Positions 31,001 through 39,818 of a stretch of DNA of 64,000 nt are shown here, one piece after another. The stretch comes from a virus (lineage: Duplodnaviria; Caudoviricetes): IMG/VR virus record IMGVR_UViG_3300014039_000019, positions 1-64,000 of that record. One strand, written 5' to 3'. The position numbers were made by a program, and so were the translations under genes. Position 1 is the first letter of the stretch; each line of letters opens with the position of its first letter. The notes beneath the pieces are model-generated. The model was not told the origin of the DNA. It did not search any database and was given only the letters and a program-made list of their open reading frames with translations.

Positions 31001-32037
31001 AAAGTTCTTGAAGTATTGCCATCTTCACCGTAACACATATTAACCATTGAAGGACTATATTTATTAAACTGGATTGTTTCTGCACTTGAATTCCAATATC
31101 CATCTGCTAAACTTCTTGGTCTAAATTTTTCAACTTCACAAGTTTGATAATTTATAATACTTGCATCGTCTCTATTATTTTTACCGTTATTAAAATTCAT
31201 TCTTCTTAAAGAACAATATCTACTCATTCCCATATTATAATATCCGCCTTCATATACTGCGATAGTATGAGAATCTTCTGTTCCTCCACCTGCAAGCATA
31301 TCAACCCATCTTTGGTTAGTAGATGTTATTGCTCCTAATTCATTTTTTATATATTTAACTGGTGTTGCTTCGGGTTCTGTTTCTCCCACGCATAAATACA
31401 TTGTAAATCCATTTTCAGAGAAAGATATATTCCATTCTTGGTCGTATTCTTTTATTTTACATCTTACTATATCACTATTTATATTATAAAGAGCATTTCC
31501 TCTAACTAAAAAAGAATGTCCGGCAGGAACTATACCTTTTAAAGCTAAAGAACTCCAACTTCCACCATTAGGTTTATACCAAAGATATAGACCATTCAAA
31601 TTTATATCAACGGTATTGCAATTATATAATTCAACAAAGTTATGACTTACTGCTGTTTCTTTTGTAGTTAATGAACCACCTCCATATATTTGTTGAATAA
31701 CTAAACCACTATTATTTGTAGAATCTATTTTATTACTTGGAATTATTTTTAAAGGAGACTCTAAATTTTGTCCTTCTGTATAAGGAGTGCTAGTATAAGC
31801 TTCTAAAGGGAAAATGTGAATTTTACCACTTTCATCTAATGTTAATCTAAATTCTTTTTTGCCGTCAGAAGACAATAAATTTAAATATTGGTTAGAAGTA
31901 TCTCCTAATAATGCTTTCTTTAAAGTTTCTATACTAGCTATTTTATTTTCAAATCCACTATCTAAATTTGTCCCTAATAATATATAGTCTGTATCATTAA
32001 TAACTATGGTTTTACTAAGTTCATTATATTTAGTCAT
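28080..32037 (-). CDS. spliced lamin-tail-domain / FN3 / purple-acid-phosphatase-family metallophosphoesterase, about 816 aa (exons 32037-30124 and 28616-28080)
   Basis: LTD (IQQIYGGG..FVELYN), TTDEQ, TGDI, GNND, H, and CG|HNH restored across the intron. Confidence 0.85.
28617..30123 (-). mobile_element. group I intron in phosphatase gene (5' boundary 30123 or 30122, see findings)
   Basis: P1 GGGU/GCCC; AAUUGCAGG...CAUGCAGG core; CUUCAAAGACUA / AAGAAAUAGUC; terminal G. Confidence 0.9.
28782..29870 (-). CDS. intron-encoded homing endonuclease (Zn-ribbon repeats plus Vsr-like/EDxHD domain)
   Basis: three C..GH...C..C repeats plus one degenerate; SKGE..FDFYLP.YNCCIEYDGIQH..RD..K. Confidence 0.85.
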   Translation of the reverse strand: MSKIGKKLNYNNVKEYINSHGYILLDNKYINIHKKMKIKCPEGHIFEMSFNNFKKGQRCSICSLNKQYKYTYSQIKNICKNNNLILLNEKKNLNMRDIIKFKNEKGNIEQVTLYTFERRYINTNKSASKSKYSNKKHSQEYIQSLVEKRGYKLLEPYKNKKTKLKLQCPNGHYHEIRLDSFIKGSGCKQCMIENMTNDAKDVITNLQKKGFHLLSKYKNNQEKIVLQCEKGHIFNATYDNVINNNSGCPICNESKGEKNIREILKKYNIKYIPQYKFNNCKFYKCLPFDFYLPNYNCCIEYDGIQHYKIIKHFGGYETFIDRKIRDTVKTKFCIDNNIKIIRISYLEFNDIEKILKDELKIK

Positions 32038-32047
32038 CTTATCACCT

Positions 32048-32623
32048 CTAATTTATTTCTAAAAAAGTATTATCTGCTAATTGTAAATTCGTTCCGTCTG
32101 CTAATCCTAAATAGTTTTTACCTAAAACACTTCCAGTTGATATCTCTAAGAATGTTCCGTCTGCTAATTGTAAATTCGTTCCGTCTGCTAATTGTAGATA
32201 ATCTCCACTTATAGGAGTAATTATTCCTGATCCAACTTTCTTTTCTAAAGCTAAAACTCTTTCTTGCAGGCTTTTAATTGTTTCTAAAAGCTCTTTTATT
32301 ATTCCTTCATGAGCAGATTGATTTCCTAAAGTATCTATTGTTCCTATATCAACCCAATAAACATCTTTATTGCTTGGAGCAGTTGCACTTTCTATAAAAA
32401 CTTCCGAAACACTACCTTGTGCTATTGCTTCCCATACAGGTTCATCTTCTATATTTTCACAAGCATTATAATACTTCGTTTTTTCTTTAAAACAATAAAC
32501 TTCAAATCCGGGAGGATATAAGATATTATTTTTATTTTCTATAAGGTCCGCATAGCTATCACATATCTGTCTTGAGTCTAAGTATAATCTTGAGGACAAA
32601 TCGAAATTACTACCAATAATCAT
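32048..32623 (-). CDS. tail/baseplate accessory protein with LxLADGT repeats
   Basis: LDSRQ N-terminus, coiled coil, repeated C-terminal hairpin motif. Confidence 0.65.
   Translation of the reverse strand: MIIGSNFDLSSRLYLDSRQICDSYADLIENKNNILYPPGFEVYCFKEKTKYYNACENIEDEPVWEAIAQGSVSEVFIESATAPSNKDVYWVDIGTIDTLGNQSAHEGIIKELLETIKSLQERVLALEKKVGSGIITPISGDYLQLADGTNLQLADGTFLEISTGSVLGKNYLGLADGTNLQLADNTFLEIN
32073..32196. repeat. direct repeats encoding LQLADGT
   Basis: TCTGCTAATTGTAAATTCGTTCCGTCTGCTAAT occurs twice, built from 24-nt units. Confidence 0.8.
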
Positions 32624-32638
32624 TTATATCTCTCCTCT

Positions 32639-33805
32639 CTAAAAACTAAATGTGTATTTTATTTGAGATACACTAGCCTTATTTTTTATTTTATAAATAT
32701 AATAATTAACATTATTAATGTTTATTTCTTCTTTATCAAAATCATTTAAATATTCGAATCCGTTTCCGTCTTTTATGCTTTTTAATTCCCCATAACTTTT
32801 TGGGTAAGCATAGAAAACTCTTTTATCGGAATAAGATAGATTTATTGATTTATTTCCTTTTATTTCTACTAATTTTGTTCCTGCTTTAATATTTGTTTCT
32901 GTCAAACTATCAATAAATGTTCCATAGTAAAAAGGATAAACAAATGAAAAAGTTATACTAGAACTTCTTGTATTATTCTTACTGTCTGTAACTGATAATG
33001 TAAAAGTTTTTGTATCTGAAATTGTTGTATTATATGTATAACTTGTATCTTTAACCCCAATCGTACAATCAGTTAAACTAATTGATTTAGGAGTCATACT
33101 TGTAGTCCATGTAAACGTGCAACCGTTTATAGTTTCTACTCCTTTTTCATATACCGTCTTAGATAAATTACTTCTAAAAGAAGTAATAGATATAGGTTTA
33201 TAAGTTAAATCGGAAATTTTTTCACTTAAACTATGTATTCCTTCTTCTATTTTATTCATTCTTACAGAAGAAATTATATCTGCTGTTTTCCAAAATGTTT
33301 TAACATATATTCCATTTTCATCAAATATAGTAACTTCTTCTGCTACATCTCCTACATAAGAAATATCTACTCCTGTTATATCTACTTGCCCGATCTCCGA
33401 ATCATCTTCGTCAAATAATGGCTCTAAAACATGGAATTGATTATAAATAGGAGGAATAGTAATAAATCCATCATCTTCGTCATATAAATCTATTTGGAAA
33501 ACATATGTCCCTACTTCTGCTCTTTCATCTATTAAATCTTCTGTAACAGAAAATTTAGCATATCCATCTTCTACTTTTCTTTTTTCTGTAAAAAATTTTG
33601 TACCATCTGGCTTAATAACTCTAAATCTAGCATATTCGGCATTATAACTAATAATGTAATTAATTTCATTTTCAAATTTAAAACAAGCATTTTTAATTTC
33701 GAAATAATAATCTACGTTTTTATTTTTTCTGTATAGATAAATATTTTTATCCATACTGGCTTTATTCCCATTAACTGTTATCGTATAATTATAAAAAATA
33801 GCCAT
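32639..33805 (-). CDS. BppU-like baseplate upper protein
   Basis: KPDG, IDE..EVG.Y.FQIDLYD, TIPP; Ig-like C-terminus. Confidence 0.75.
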   Translation of the reverse strand: MAIFYNYTITVNGNKASMDKNIYLYRKNKNVDYYFEIKNACFKFENEINYIISYNAEYARFRVIKPDGTKFFTEKRKVEDGYAKFSVTEDLIDERAEVGTYVFQIDLYDEDDGFITIPPIYNQFHVLEPLFDEDDSEIGQVDITGVDISYVGDVAEEVTIFDENGIYVKTFWKTADIISSVRMNKIEEGIHSLSEKISDLTYKPISITSFRSNLSKTVYEKGVETINGCTFTWTTSMTPKSISLTDCTIGVKDTSYTYNTTISDTKTFTLSVTDSKNNTRSSSITFSFVYPFYYGTFIDSLTETNIKAGTKLVEIKGNKSINLSYSDKRVFYAYPKSYGELKSIKDGNGFEYLNDFDKEEININNVNYYIYKIKNKASVSQIKYTFSF

Positions 33806-33815
33806 AAAATATCAC

Positions 33816-34238
33816 CTATTCTGTTGCTTCGCTATCTTCGAAAATAGGTGCAAGTACATGAAACTGTTCTATTACAGGAGGTATGGTTACTCTCCCTTTA
33901 TTTGTCGCATTATCATATAAATCTATTTGAAAAGTATATTTACCTATTTCAGACACTTCATCCATAAATTTATCATCTATATTTAATTTAACTTTACCAT
34001 CTTCAATAGGAATATTTGTTATTCTTTTTTTTACACCATTAGGTTTTAAAATTTTTATATCTGCGGTAGAAGCATTTAGACTTTCTATCATATCTACTGC
34101 ATCAATAAATTTAAAAGGAGCATTTTGTATTGTAAAATAATAAGTTATGTTTTTATTATCTTTATATAAATATATGTTTTTATTTAATTTAGCTTTATCT
34201 CCATCTACGGTTATCGTATAGTCATAAAATATTGCCAT
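33816..34238 (-). CDS. BppU N-terminal domain protein (paralogue of next gene)
   Basis: MAIFY.YTITV.G.KA..KNIYLY, KPNG, FQIDLYD, TIPP..QFHVL.P.F. Confidence 0.75.
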   Translation of the reverse strand: MAIFYDYTITVDGDKAKLNKNIYLYKDNKNITYYFTIQNAPFKFIDAVDMIESLNASTADIKILKPNGVKKRITNIPIEDGKVKLNIDDKFMDEVSEIGKYTFQIDLYDNATNKGRVTIPPVIEQFHVLAPIFEDSEATE

Positions 34239-34256
34239 ACGAAATCACCTCCTTAT

Positions 34257-34285
34257 AAAAAAAATAACGAGGGAAAATCCCTCGT
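34257..34285 (-). terminator. terminator after holin
   Basis: ACGAGGGA-AAA-TCCCTCGT plus T-run. Confidence 0.8.
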
Positions 34286-34289
34286 CATA

Positions 34290-34523
34290 CTATTCATCAT
34301 CGTGTTCATAACCGTTGTTATTCAATATACCTAATCCTACAAATATTGTTAATAAAGAATTCATTAATTGTTCAAAATCATTAGGTAAGCAAGTAAATCC
34401 AAAAGTTTGTGATACTAAAACTATAAGAGATACTACTGATACCCAAAAGTACTTATTTCTTATTTGTTTCTTTAAATTAAGTTTTTTAATTTTAATTTTT
34501 ATTTTTTCTATAAACTTATTCAT
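34290..34523 (-). CDS. holin (phiLC3/SPP1-like)
   Basis: RNKYFWVS, two TMs, LGIL.N; start ATG 34523 after GGAGG. Confidence 0.8.
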   Translation of the reverse strand: MNKFIEKIKIKIKKLNLKKQIRNKYFWVSVVSLIVLVSQTFGFTCLPNDFEQLMNSLLTIFVGLGILNNNGYEHDDE

Positions 34524-34842
34524 CTTCTTTGACCTCCTTATGGTCAATATTTAATTCATTTTCTATTGTATTTAACCTCATTGAATGTTTAAGCATTATT
34601 TTTTCTATTTCAGAGATTCTATTTTTATTTCTTTCATCCTCTTCTCTTGATTCGTTCATTTGTTTTTTTAAATCATTTAATGATTCTAATATAAAATCTA
34701 ATTTAACTTCCACAGTCGCTCTTTCTCTTCCGTTTCTATCGTTTTCTTTGCTTCTAGAAGATAAGAATGACCCTACGCCTATTATCATGGCGATACATGA
34801 AAATACTAACTCTAAAGATATTGTATACATATTAGAATCCAT
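34516..34842 (-). CDS. holin-associated membrane/coiled-coil protein
   Basis: N-terminal TM, VKLD, coiled coil, HxRL. Confidence 0.7.
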   Translation of the reverse strand: MDSNMYTISLELVFSCIAMIIGVGSFLSSRSKENDRNGRERATVEVKLDFILESLNDLKKQMNESREEDERNKNRISEIEKIMLKHSMRLNTIENELNIDHKEVKEDE

Positions 34843-35338
34843 AAACTTCTATCTCTGTCCCTGATTTAAAAGTGAATGAAGTTGAATCGCCATATAATTC
34901 GATAGATTTTATACCATTTGCTTGTTCTTTTACTACTCTAAAGAATCCATTATCAAATAGAACAGAGCTTTCAAGTATATCTTGGTTAAGATATTTTGTG
35001 TCTCTTTCTATAAAAAATCCTTTATCTTCATATGTTTCGTAAATATATCTAGTACCATTGGCATAGGTTGAGGACACTCCTGAAAACTCAATAGTACTAT
35101 TTATTTTACACATAGGTTTACTTGCTACATTAGAAACAACTTTTCCAACGATTATTATTTTTTCACAATTAAAATCATTACCTTCTGTGTCTTTATTAAT
35201 AAATATTTTTGAATTATTTGCAGTTAATTTAACTTCTGATAAAAGCTTCCATTTTTTTTCTTCTTTTACTTCATTATTTTTATTGTCAGAACTCTCTTCC
35301 GTTCTTCCAACACCTACAAATATTGCCATCTTAACCAT
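34832..35338 (-). CDS. hypothetical tail protein (beta-rich)
   Basis: WKLL..V.L N-part and F.SGT.IEVYG C-terminus. Confidence 0.6.
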   Translation of the reverse strand: MVKMAIFVGVGRTEESSDNKNNEVKEEKKWKLLSEVKLTANNSKIFINKDTEGNDFNCEKIIIVGKVVSNVASKPMCKINSTIEFSGVSSTYANGTRYIYETYEDKGFFIERDTKYLNQDILESSVLFDNGFFRVVKEQANGIKSIELYGDSTSFTFKSGTEIEVYGF

Positions 35339-35387
35339 CTCCTTTTTCTTAAAAATACCTTATTGGTTTATATTAAATTTGATATAT

Positions 35388-35771
35388 TTAAAACATATCT
35401 CGTAATATATCATCTAATATAATTATAAAATATGAAAGTATAAACCATAAAAAAGAAAAAGGTAAACATATTTGTCCCATAATATTAAACACAACATTGG
35501 AATAATTCCATATCCCCAATCCTAATTTTATATTCAAAATATATCCAAATATAAATTCAAGGACAGTAATTATTACTGTCCCCAATAACATTTGATGCCA
35601 CATTTTCATTTTTGGAGTTATTTCATTGATTAATCCAATAAGAACACTTACTAATCCTCCGAGAACTATCATAGTCCAATGTGAATGTCCTCTATAAAGC
35701 ATTTCTAAAAGAAAATAAGATATACCGAATATTATAAAAATAAAAAATTCCTTTTTTAAGAATTTATTCAT
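35388..35771 (-). CDS. putative ABC-type permease-like membrane protein (CmpB-like)
   Basis: E.LYRG.SHW.M...GG, IT.LE...G, W.YS...NI.GQIC. Confidence 0.8.
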   Translation of the reverse strand: MNKFLKKEFFIFIIFGISYFLLEMLYRGHSHWTMIVLGGLVSVLIGLINEITPKMKMWHQMLLGTVIITVLEFIFGYILNIKLGLGIWNYSNVVFNIMGQICLPFSFLWFILSYFIIILDDILRDMF

Positions 35772-35772
35772 T

Positions 35773-38700
35773 TTAACTCACTTCCCTTACCTCTGAATAT
35801 AATCCTGAAACATATGCTTCCTTTCCTTTAAAATCTATTTTATTCCATCCGTTTGAGCAAGTTCCTAACCAAGTAAAATGACATCCGTTAACTGCTTGCC
35901 CAATAATATCATAAGAAGTACTTTCGCCTTTTCTTATATTTACTCCGTTTGTAGTTATTACTATTTTATTATTGTTGACTATATCGCCAACTAAAGCAAC
36001 AGCATTTAATTCGTCATATGCGTCTGCTGTTTGTTTATCTTGCATGCATATTTTAATATTTAGTGTATCGTCAGTTTCTTCACATCTATCCATTACAGTA
36101 AATATTTTACCATCCAACTCTGTGTTAGTTCCTTGTAAGAATACTTTACTTCCTAAAGGAATTGAATCTGGAGCAGCACATATTAATTCATTTGGATATC
36201 CTATGCATTCATTGCCCATTGCATCTACAGTTGATGAAGAAGTAGAAGAAGTAGAAACAGTTATTATATCTTGGAATTCTTTTTTTACATTATCGTCATC
36301 ATAAAAATATGGTAATTGGTCATTTTCGATTTTGTAAAAACGAAGATATAATTCAACATTTTTTGCTGTTCCCGGACCAGATCTCAATAACGTATGTCCT
36401 GTATCATGATACCATTGTCTATAAGTCAAATATCCTAAATCCCCATTTTTAAATATTTCTTTAACTTTTTCTTGTACTTGTGAGTTTTGCTTACTTAAAG
36501 AGCCACTATTAACAAGAGTGTATCCATACTTGTCGCATACATATTTACTACATATAAAATTTAATGCACCTTCACCCATATTATATGCAACTAAAGAATG
36601 TATGATATTCCAGTAATGTTTTTTAGCTTGTTGTCTAAGTTCACTACATCCAAATTCTAATTGTAGTCTTCTACCGCTGTCTGTTGAACCATTTAACGTA
36701 CTCATAGATAATGTTACTTGTTTAGTCGTACCATCTAAGTATTTAATGGTTTGAACCCCTGAATTTACTTTTCCTGAATAAGGATTTTTATATCCCTTTA
36801 CAAATACACTTCTTTCAACTTGCATTAATCCATATCCACTACTACTGGAAGGAGAACCTGCTGTTGGATTCCCTCCGCTTTCTGCTGCGATTACCATTGT
36901 TACTATTGCAGGGTCTATACCAAATTTCGGAGCAATTTCATTTATTAATGAACTCCATTGTAAAGTATTAGTATAATTAGAAGAATTAAGAGCAGTTCCA
37001 ATGTTAAGATTTGTTAATATTTTTTTAGCTTCAGAAATTGAAGTTTTATCTGATTTTGAACTTGTAGGATAATAAGTAGATATATGAGTTTTATAAGTCT
37101 TGCCTTTAAGTTCTACTGTCCCACTTTCTGTTTTTGTCCAAGGACATTCAGATAAATATGTAATCCAAGGTAATTTACCATGTTTTGACCATGTTCTTGA
37201 AACACCATTATAACTTTTTTTGAAAGGATTGTTTCCTAGCCCTGTTATTTGAACTTTATTTTTCCAAGAAGGAGTACATTCAATTACTAATCCTTCGCCT
37301 ACATATACTCCAATGTGTCCCTTAACCCATACTGCTTCGCCAAGTTGTATATCCTCCCAAGAATCACCATTAGAGGAGTTATAACTTTTTACATCCTTAC
37401 ATACGGCAATACATCCATCTGCATTTACATCTTGTACTCCATTACTACCATAAACCGCTCCACCTAAATTTTGAGTAGTATCTGCGTTCCAACCCCAAAG
37501 AACTGATTTGATAAGATTGACGCAGTCGAAACTCCAAATTAATTTCCCAGTAGCAATAGCTTTTCTGTAAGCTTCCATTCTGCTGCTTGTATAAAACCAA
37601 GGATAAGCACTCGCTCTATTAGCAATTAATGCACTTGTAAGTTTTTGTCCTACTGCTCCATATACATACATTGTTTCATGGTCTTGAACTATCTCATTTA
37701 ATTTTGCTACTAATTGATATTGATTTGTAATTTTACCAGTCACCCTCGGAAAGTCTTTAAAACTTATATTAGAAGGAGTAGGTACAACCTCTACATTATC
37801 ACTCATAACATAAGAAATATTATAATCTACTTCATAAGATTGAATAGCGCTATTATCTGTTTTTCTAAAAGTAAATCTAACTTTTTTTGCTTCCGCAGGT
37901 ACTAATTCATCGAATATGGTATCTCCTACACTTTTATAAGATAAAAGTCCATTGCTTGAATTATAATAAAGCACATTTGCAATTACCATATTTTTATTTT
38001 TTAATTTAAGTTTTATACCTTTTACATTTCCTAAATTTATATATCCTTTATTCCTAACATAATTATTTGAATCGACATTTGCTCCTGTAGACAAAGATAT
38101 ATTACCATTTTCTAATAAATTTTCAGTAGGTGTTTCAGTTGGGTCATCTCCTATGTCCCATCCTCCGCCCCCACTAGACGAAGCTGTTAATTGAGGTCTC
38201 GATATTAAGCTGATCTTTTCAGTAGATGTATTTGATAAAGCAACTTTCCTTAAACCATTTACATTTGTATCATTTGAGACATCATAGACATATATAACAC
38301 CACTTTCTATACTTGATACTAATGCGACATGTCCGATTCTCATAAATCTTGTTCCCCATGTACTTACCTGATTGACTGGAGTTTCAGAATAAAATATTAT
38401 ATCTCCAACTTGTAGATTTTTAAAATTTTCACCCCAATATTCTTTAGGAAGAATCCATCCTTGTTGTATACAATATCTAGCTTGTTCAGATGATGTTCTA
38501 GGTAATTCGATGGCATATGAACAATTAGAAGTTCTAGCATTATTTGAACTAGCCCAATTTAAATATTTAGAATCAGAATAAGTTATGTATCTATAAGCTA
38601 AAGAAATTAAAGTTGCATCATCAATATAATATTTCCCACTTGAATTTGTTACATCACTCTTAGAACTTACAGAAGATAATATTGTATTTGTTCCATAACA

Positions 38701-39627
38701 AAAATCAGAGGCACTATCAATATATGATTTTGCTACTCCTACTATATTACTACCTCCAGTAAAATTAGATAAGTTTGCAACATATCCATAACTCGCACTA
38801 TATACCTTACCTATTAATCTTGTTCCACCATAAGAAATTTCTATTCTGTAATCCGTAGAGATTCTAGGAATAAATGCTCCGAAAATACAGTCATCTCCAA
38901 CCATATATAAACTTGTAGATTGAGAAAATTTCATCGGAGTGTTATCTCTTGTTCTAAAATTAACAACCGCATTATAATCAGGCAAAGGAACTTCTGTACT
39001 ATTTACCAATAAAGATAATGAACTTAATGTTCCAAATATGTATATATTGTTTGTTCTAGCTATAACCGAAGCTTTAGAAGAAGTTTTATCAATATTTGTT
39101 GTTACTTGAGTAGGAGCGGTTACTCCATCTCCGTCTACTGTTATACTTTCACCTCTTGGAAGTCCTAAACTCAATATAAAATTATTATCTGTTGGTTCTT
39201 CTATTACGGCTGTAGCTTCTGAACCTGCTGGTAGTGTTGTTACAGTCCCTATTTTTATAGAAATATCTGTTGAGGAACTTCCACCGCCACCACTACTACT
39301 TCCGCCACCAATATCGGCAACGGAAAATAAATTTATCCAGTTTTTCTCACCTTTATGTCTCCATTTAACCCATACACCATCAAAGACCATTTCTACTTCC
39401 CCTGATCCTTCTGTGGCTGATATTGGTAAAGTTGCTCCATCTCCGATAGTAGTCCCATCTTTTGATTGTAAGAATATATTATTATTTGCATTTATTTTTA
39501 TATCTATAGGAACTGCTTTTAATAGGTCTTGTACTTTTATTCTTTTAGTACTTTCCGTATCTTCTATTATAAGAAAATCATCTTCGGAATATATACTTTT
39601 AATATTTAAATCTTCTATAAAACTCAA
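35773..39627 (-). CDS. tail-associated peptidoglycan hydrolase: two NlpC/P60-like domains, SLT transglycosylase, 3D-like domain, SH3
   Basis: FDC..GHIGVY..IEC; AESGG..GLMQV..AYNMG; CAAP..IPLGSKV..DG..TVMDR; VNIR.G....Y.II..GW SH3. Confidence 0.85.
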   Translation of the reverse strand: MSFIEDLNIKSIYSEDDFLIIEDTESTKRIKVQDLLKAVPIDIKINANNNIFLQSKDGTTIGDGATLPISATEGSGEVEMVFDGVWVKWRHKGEKNWINLFSVADIGGGSSSGGGGSSSTDISIKIGTVTTLPAGSEATAVIEEPTDNNFILSLGLPRGESITVDGDGVTAPTQVTTNIDKTSSKASVIARTNNIYIFGTLSSLSLLVNSTEVPLPDYNAVVNFRTRDNTPMKFSQSTSLYMVGDDCIFGAFIPRISTDYRIEISYGGTRLIGKVYSASYGYVANLSNFTGGSNIVGVAKSYIDSASDFCYGTNTILSSVSSKSDVTNSSGKYYIDDATLISLAYRYITYSDSKYLNWASSNNARTSNCSYAIELPRTSSEQARYCIQQGWILPKEYWGENFKNLQVGDIIFYSETPVNQVSTWGTRFMRIGHVALVSSIESGVIYVYDVSNDTNVNGLRKVALSNTSTEKISLISRPQLTASSSGGGGWDIGDDPTETPTENLLENGNISLSTGANVDSNNYVRNKGYINLGNVKGIKLKLKNKNMVIANVLYYNSSNGLLSYKSVGDTIFDELVPAEAKKVRFTFRKTDNSAIQSYEVDYNISYVMSDNVEVVPTPSNISFKDFPRVTGKITNQYQLVAKLNEIVQDHETMYVYGAVGQKLTSALIANRASAYPWFYTSSRMEAYRKAIATGKLIWSFDCVNLIKSVLWGWNADTTQNLGGAVYGSNGVQDVNADGCIAVCKDVKSYNSSNGDSWEDIQLGEAVWVKGHIGVYVGEGLVIECTPSWKNKVQITGLGNNPFKKSYNGVSRTWSKHGKLPWITYLSECPWTKTESGTVELKGKTYKTHISTYYPTSSKSDKTSISEAKKILTNLNIGTALNSSNYTNTLQWSSLINEIAPKFGIDPAIVTMVIAAESGGNPTAGSPSSSSGYGLMQVERSVFVKGYKNPYSGKVNSGVQTIKYLDGTTKQVTLSMSTLNGSTDSGRRLQLEFGCSELRQQAKKHYWNIIHSLVAYNMGEGALNFICSKYVCDKYGYTLVNSGSLSKQNSQVQEKVKEIFKNGDLGYLTYRQWYHDTGHTLLRSGPGTAKNVELYLRFYKIENDQLPYFYDDDNVKKEFQDIITVSTSSTSSSTVDAMGNECIGYPNELICAAPDSIPLGSKVFLQGTNTELDGKIFTVMDRCEETDDTLNIKICMQDKQTADAYDELNAVALVGDIVNNNKIVITTNGVNIRKGESTSYDIIGQAVNGCHFTWLGTCSNGWNKIDFKGKEAYVSGLYSEVREVS

Positions 39628-39804
39628 CTAATTCACCTCCTTACTTCCTTCATCTAAATAACTTTGTAATAATGCGGTTAATTTTTTAATTTCTTCTTCT
39701 TGTTGCTGTATTAGAGCTTCTTTTAATATTACTATTTCTTGAAGCTCTAATACCCTTTCTAATGCTACTTTGTACGCATATTCTGTTTTAACTTGTTTAT
39801 TCAT
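39628..39804 (-). CDS. 58-aa coiled-coil protein (not in ORF track)
   Basis: GGAG RBS; MNKQVKTEYAYKVALERVLELQEIVILKEALIQQQEEEIKKL... Confidence 0.7.
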   Translation of the reverse strand: MNKQVKTEYAYKVALERVLELQEIVILKEALIQQQEEEIKKLTALLQSYLDEGSKEVN

Positions 39805-39818
39805 AAAACCACTCTCCC

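Noticed and set aside
32073-32196. CRISPR-like direct repeats
   Set aside because: In-frame coding repeats, no unique spacers of constant length, no cas genes
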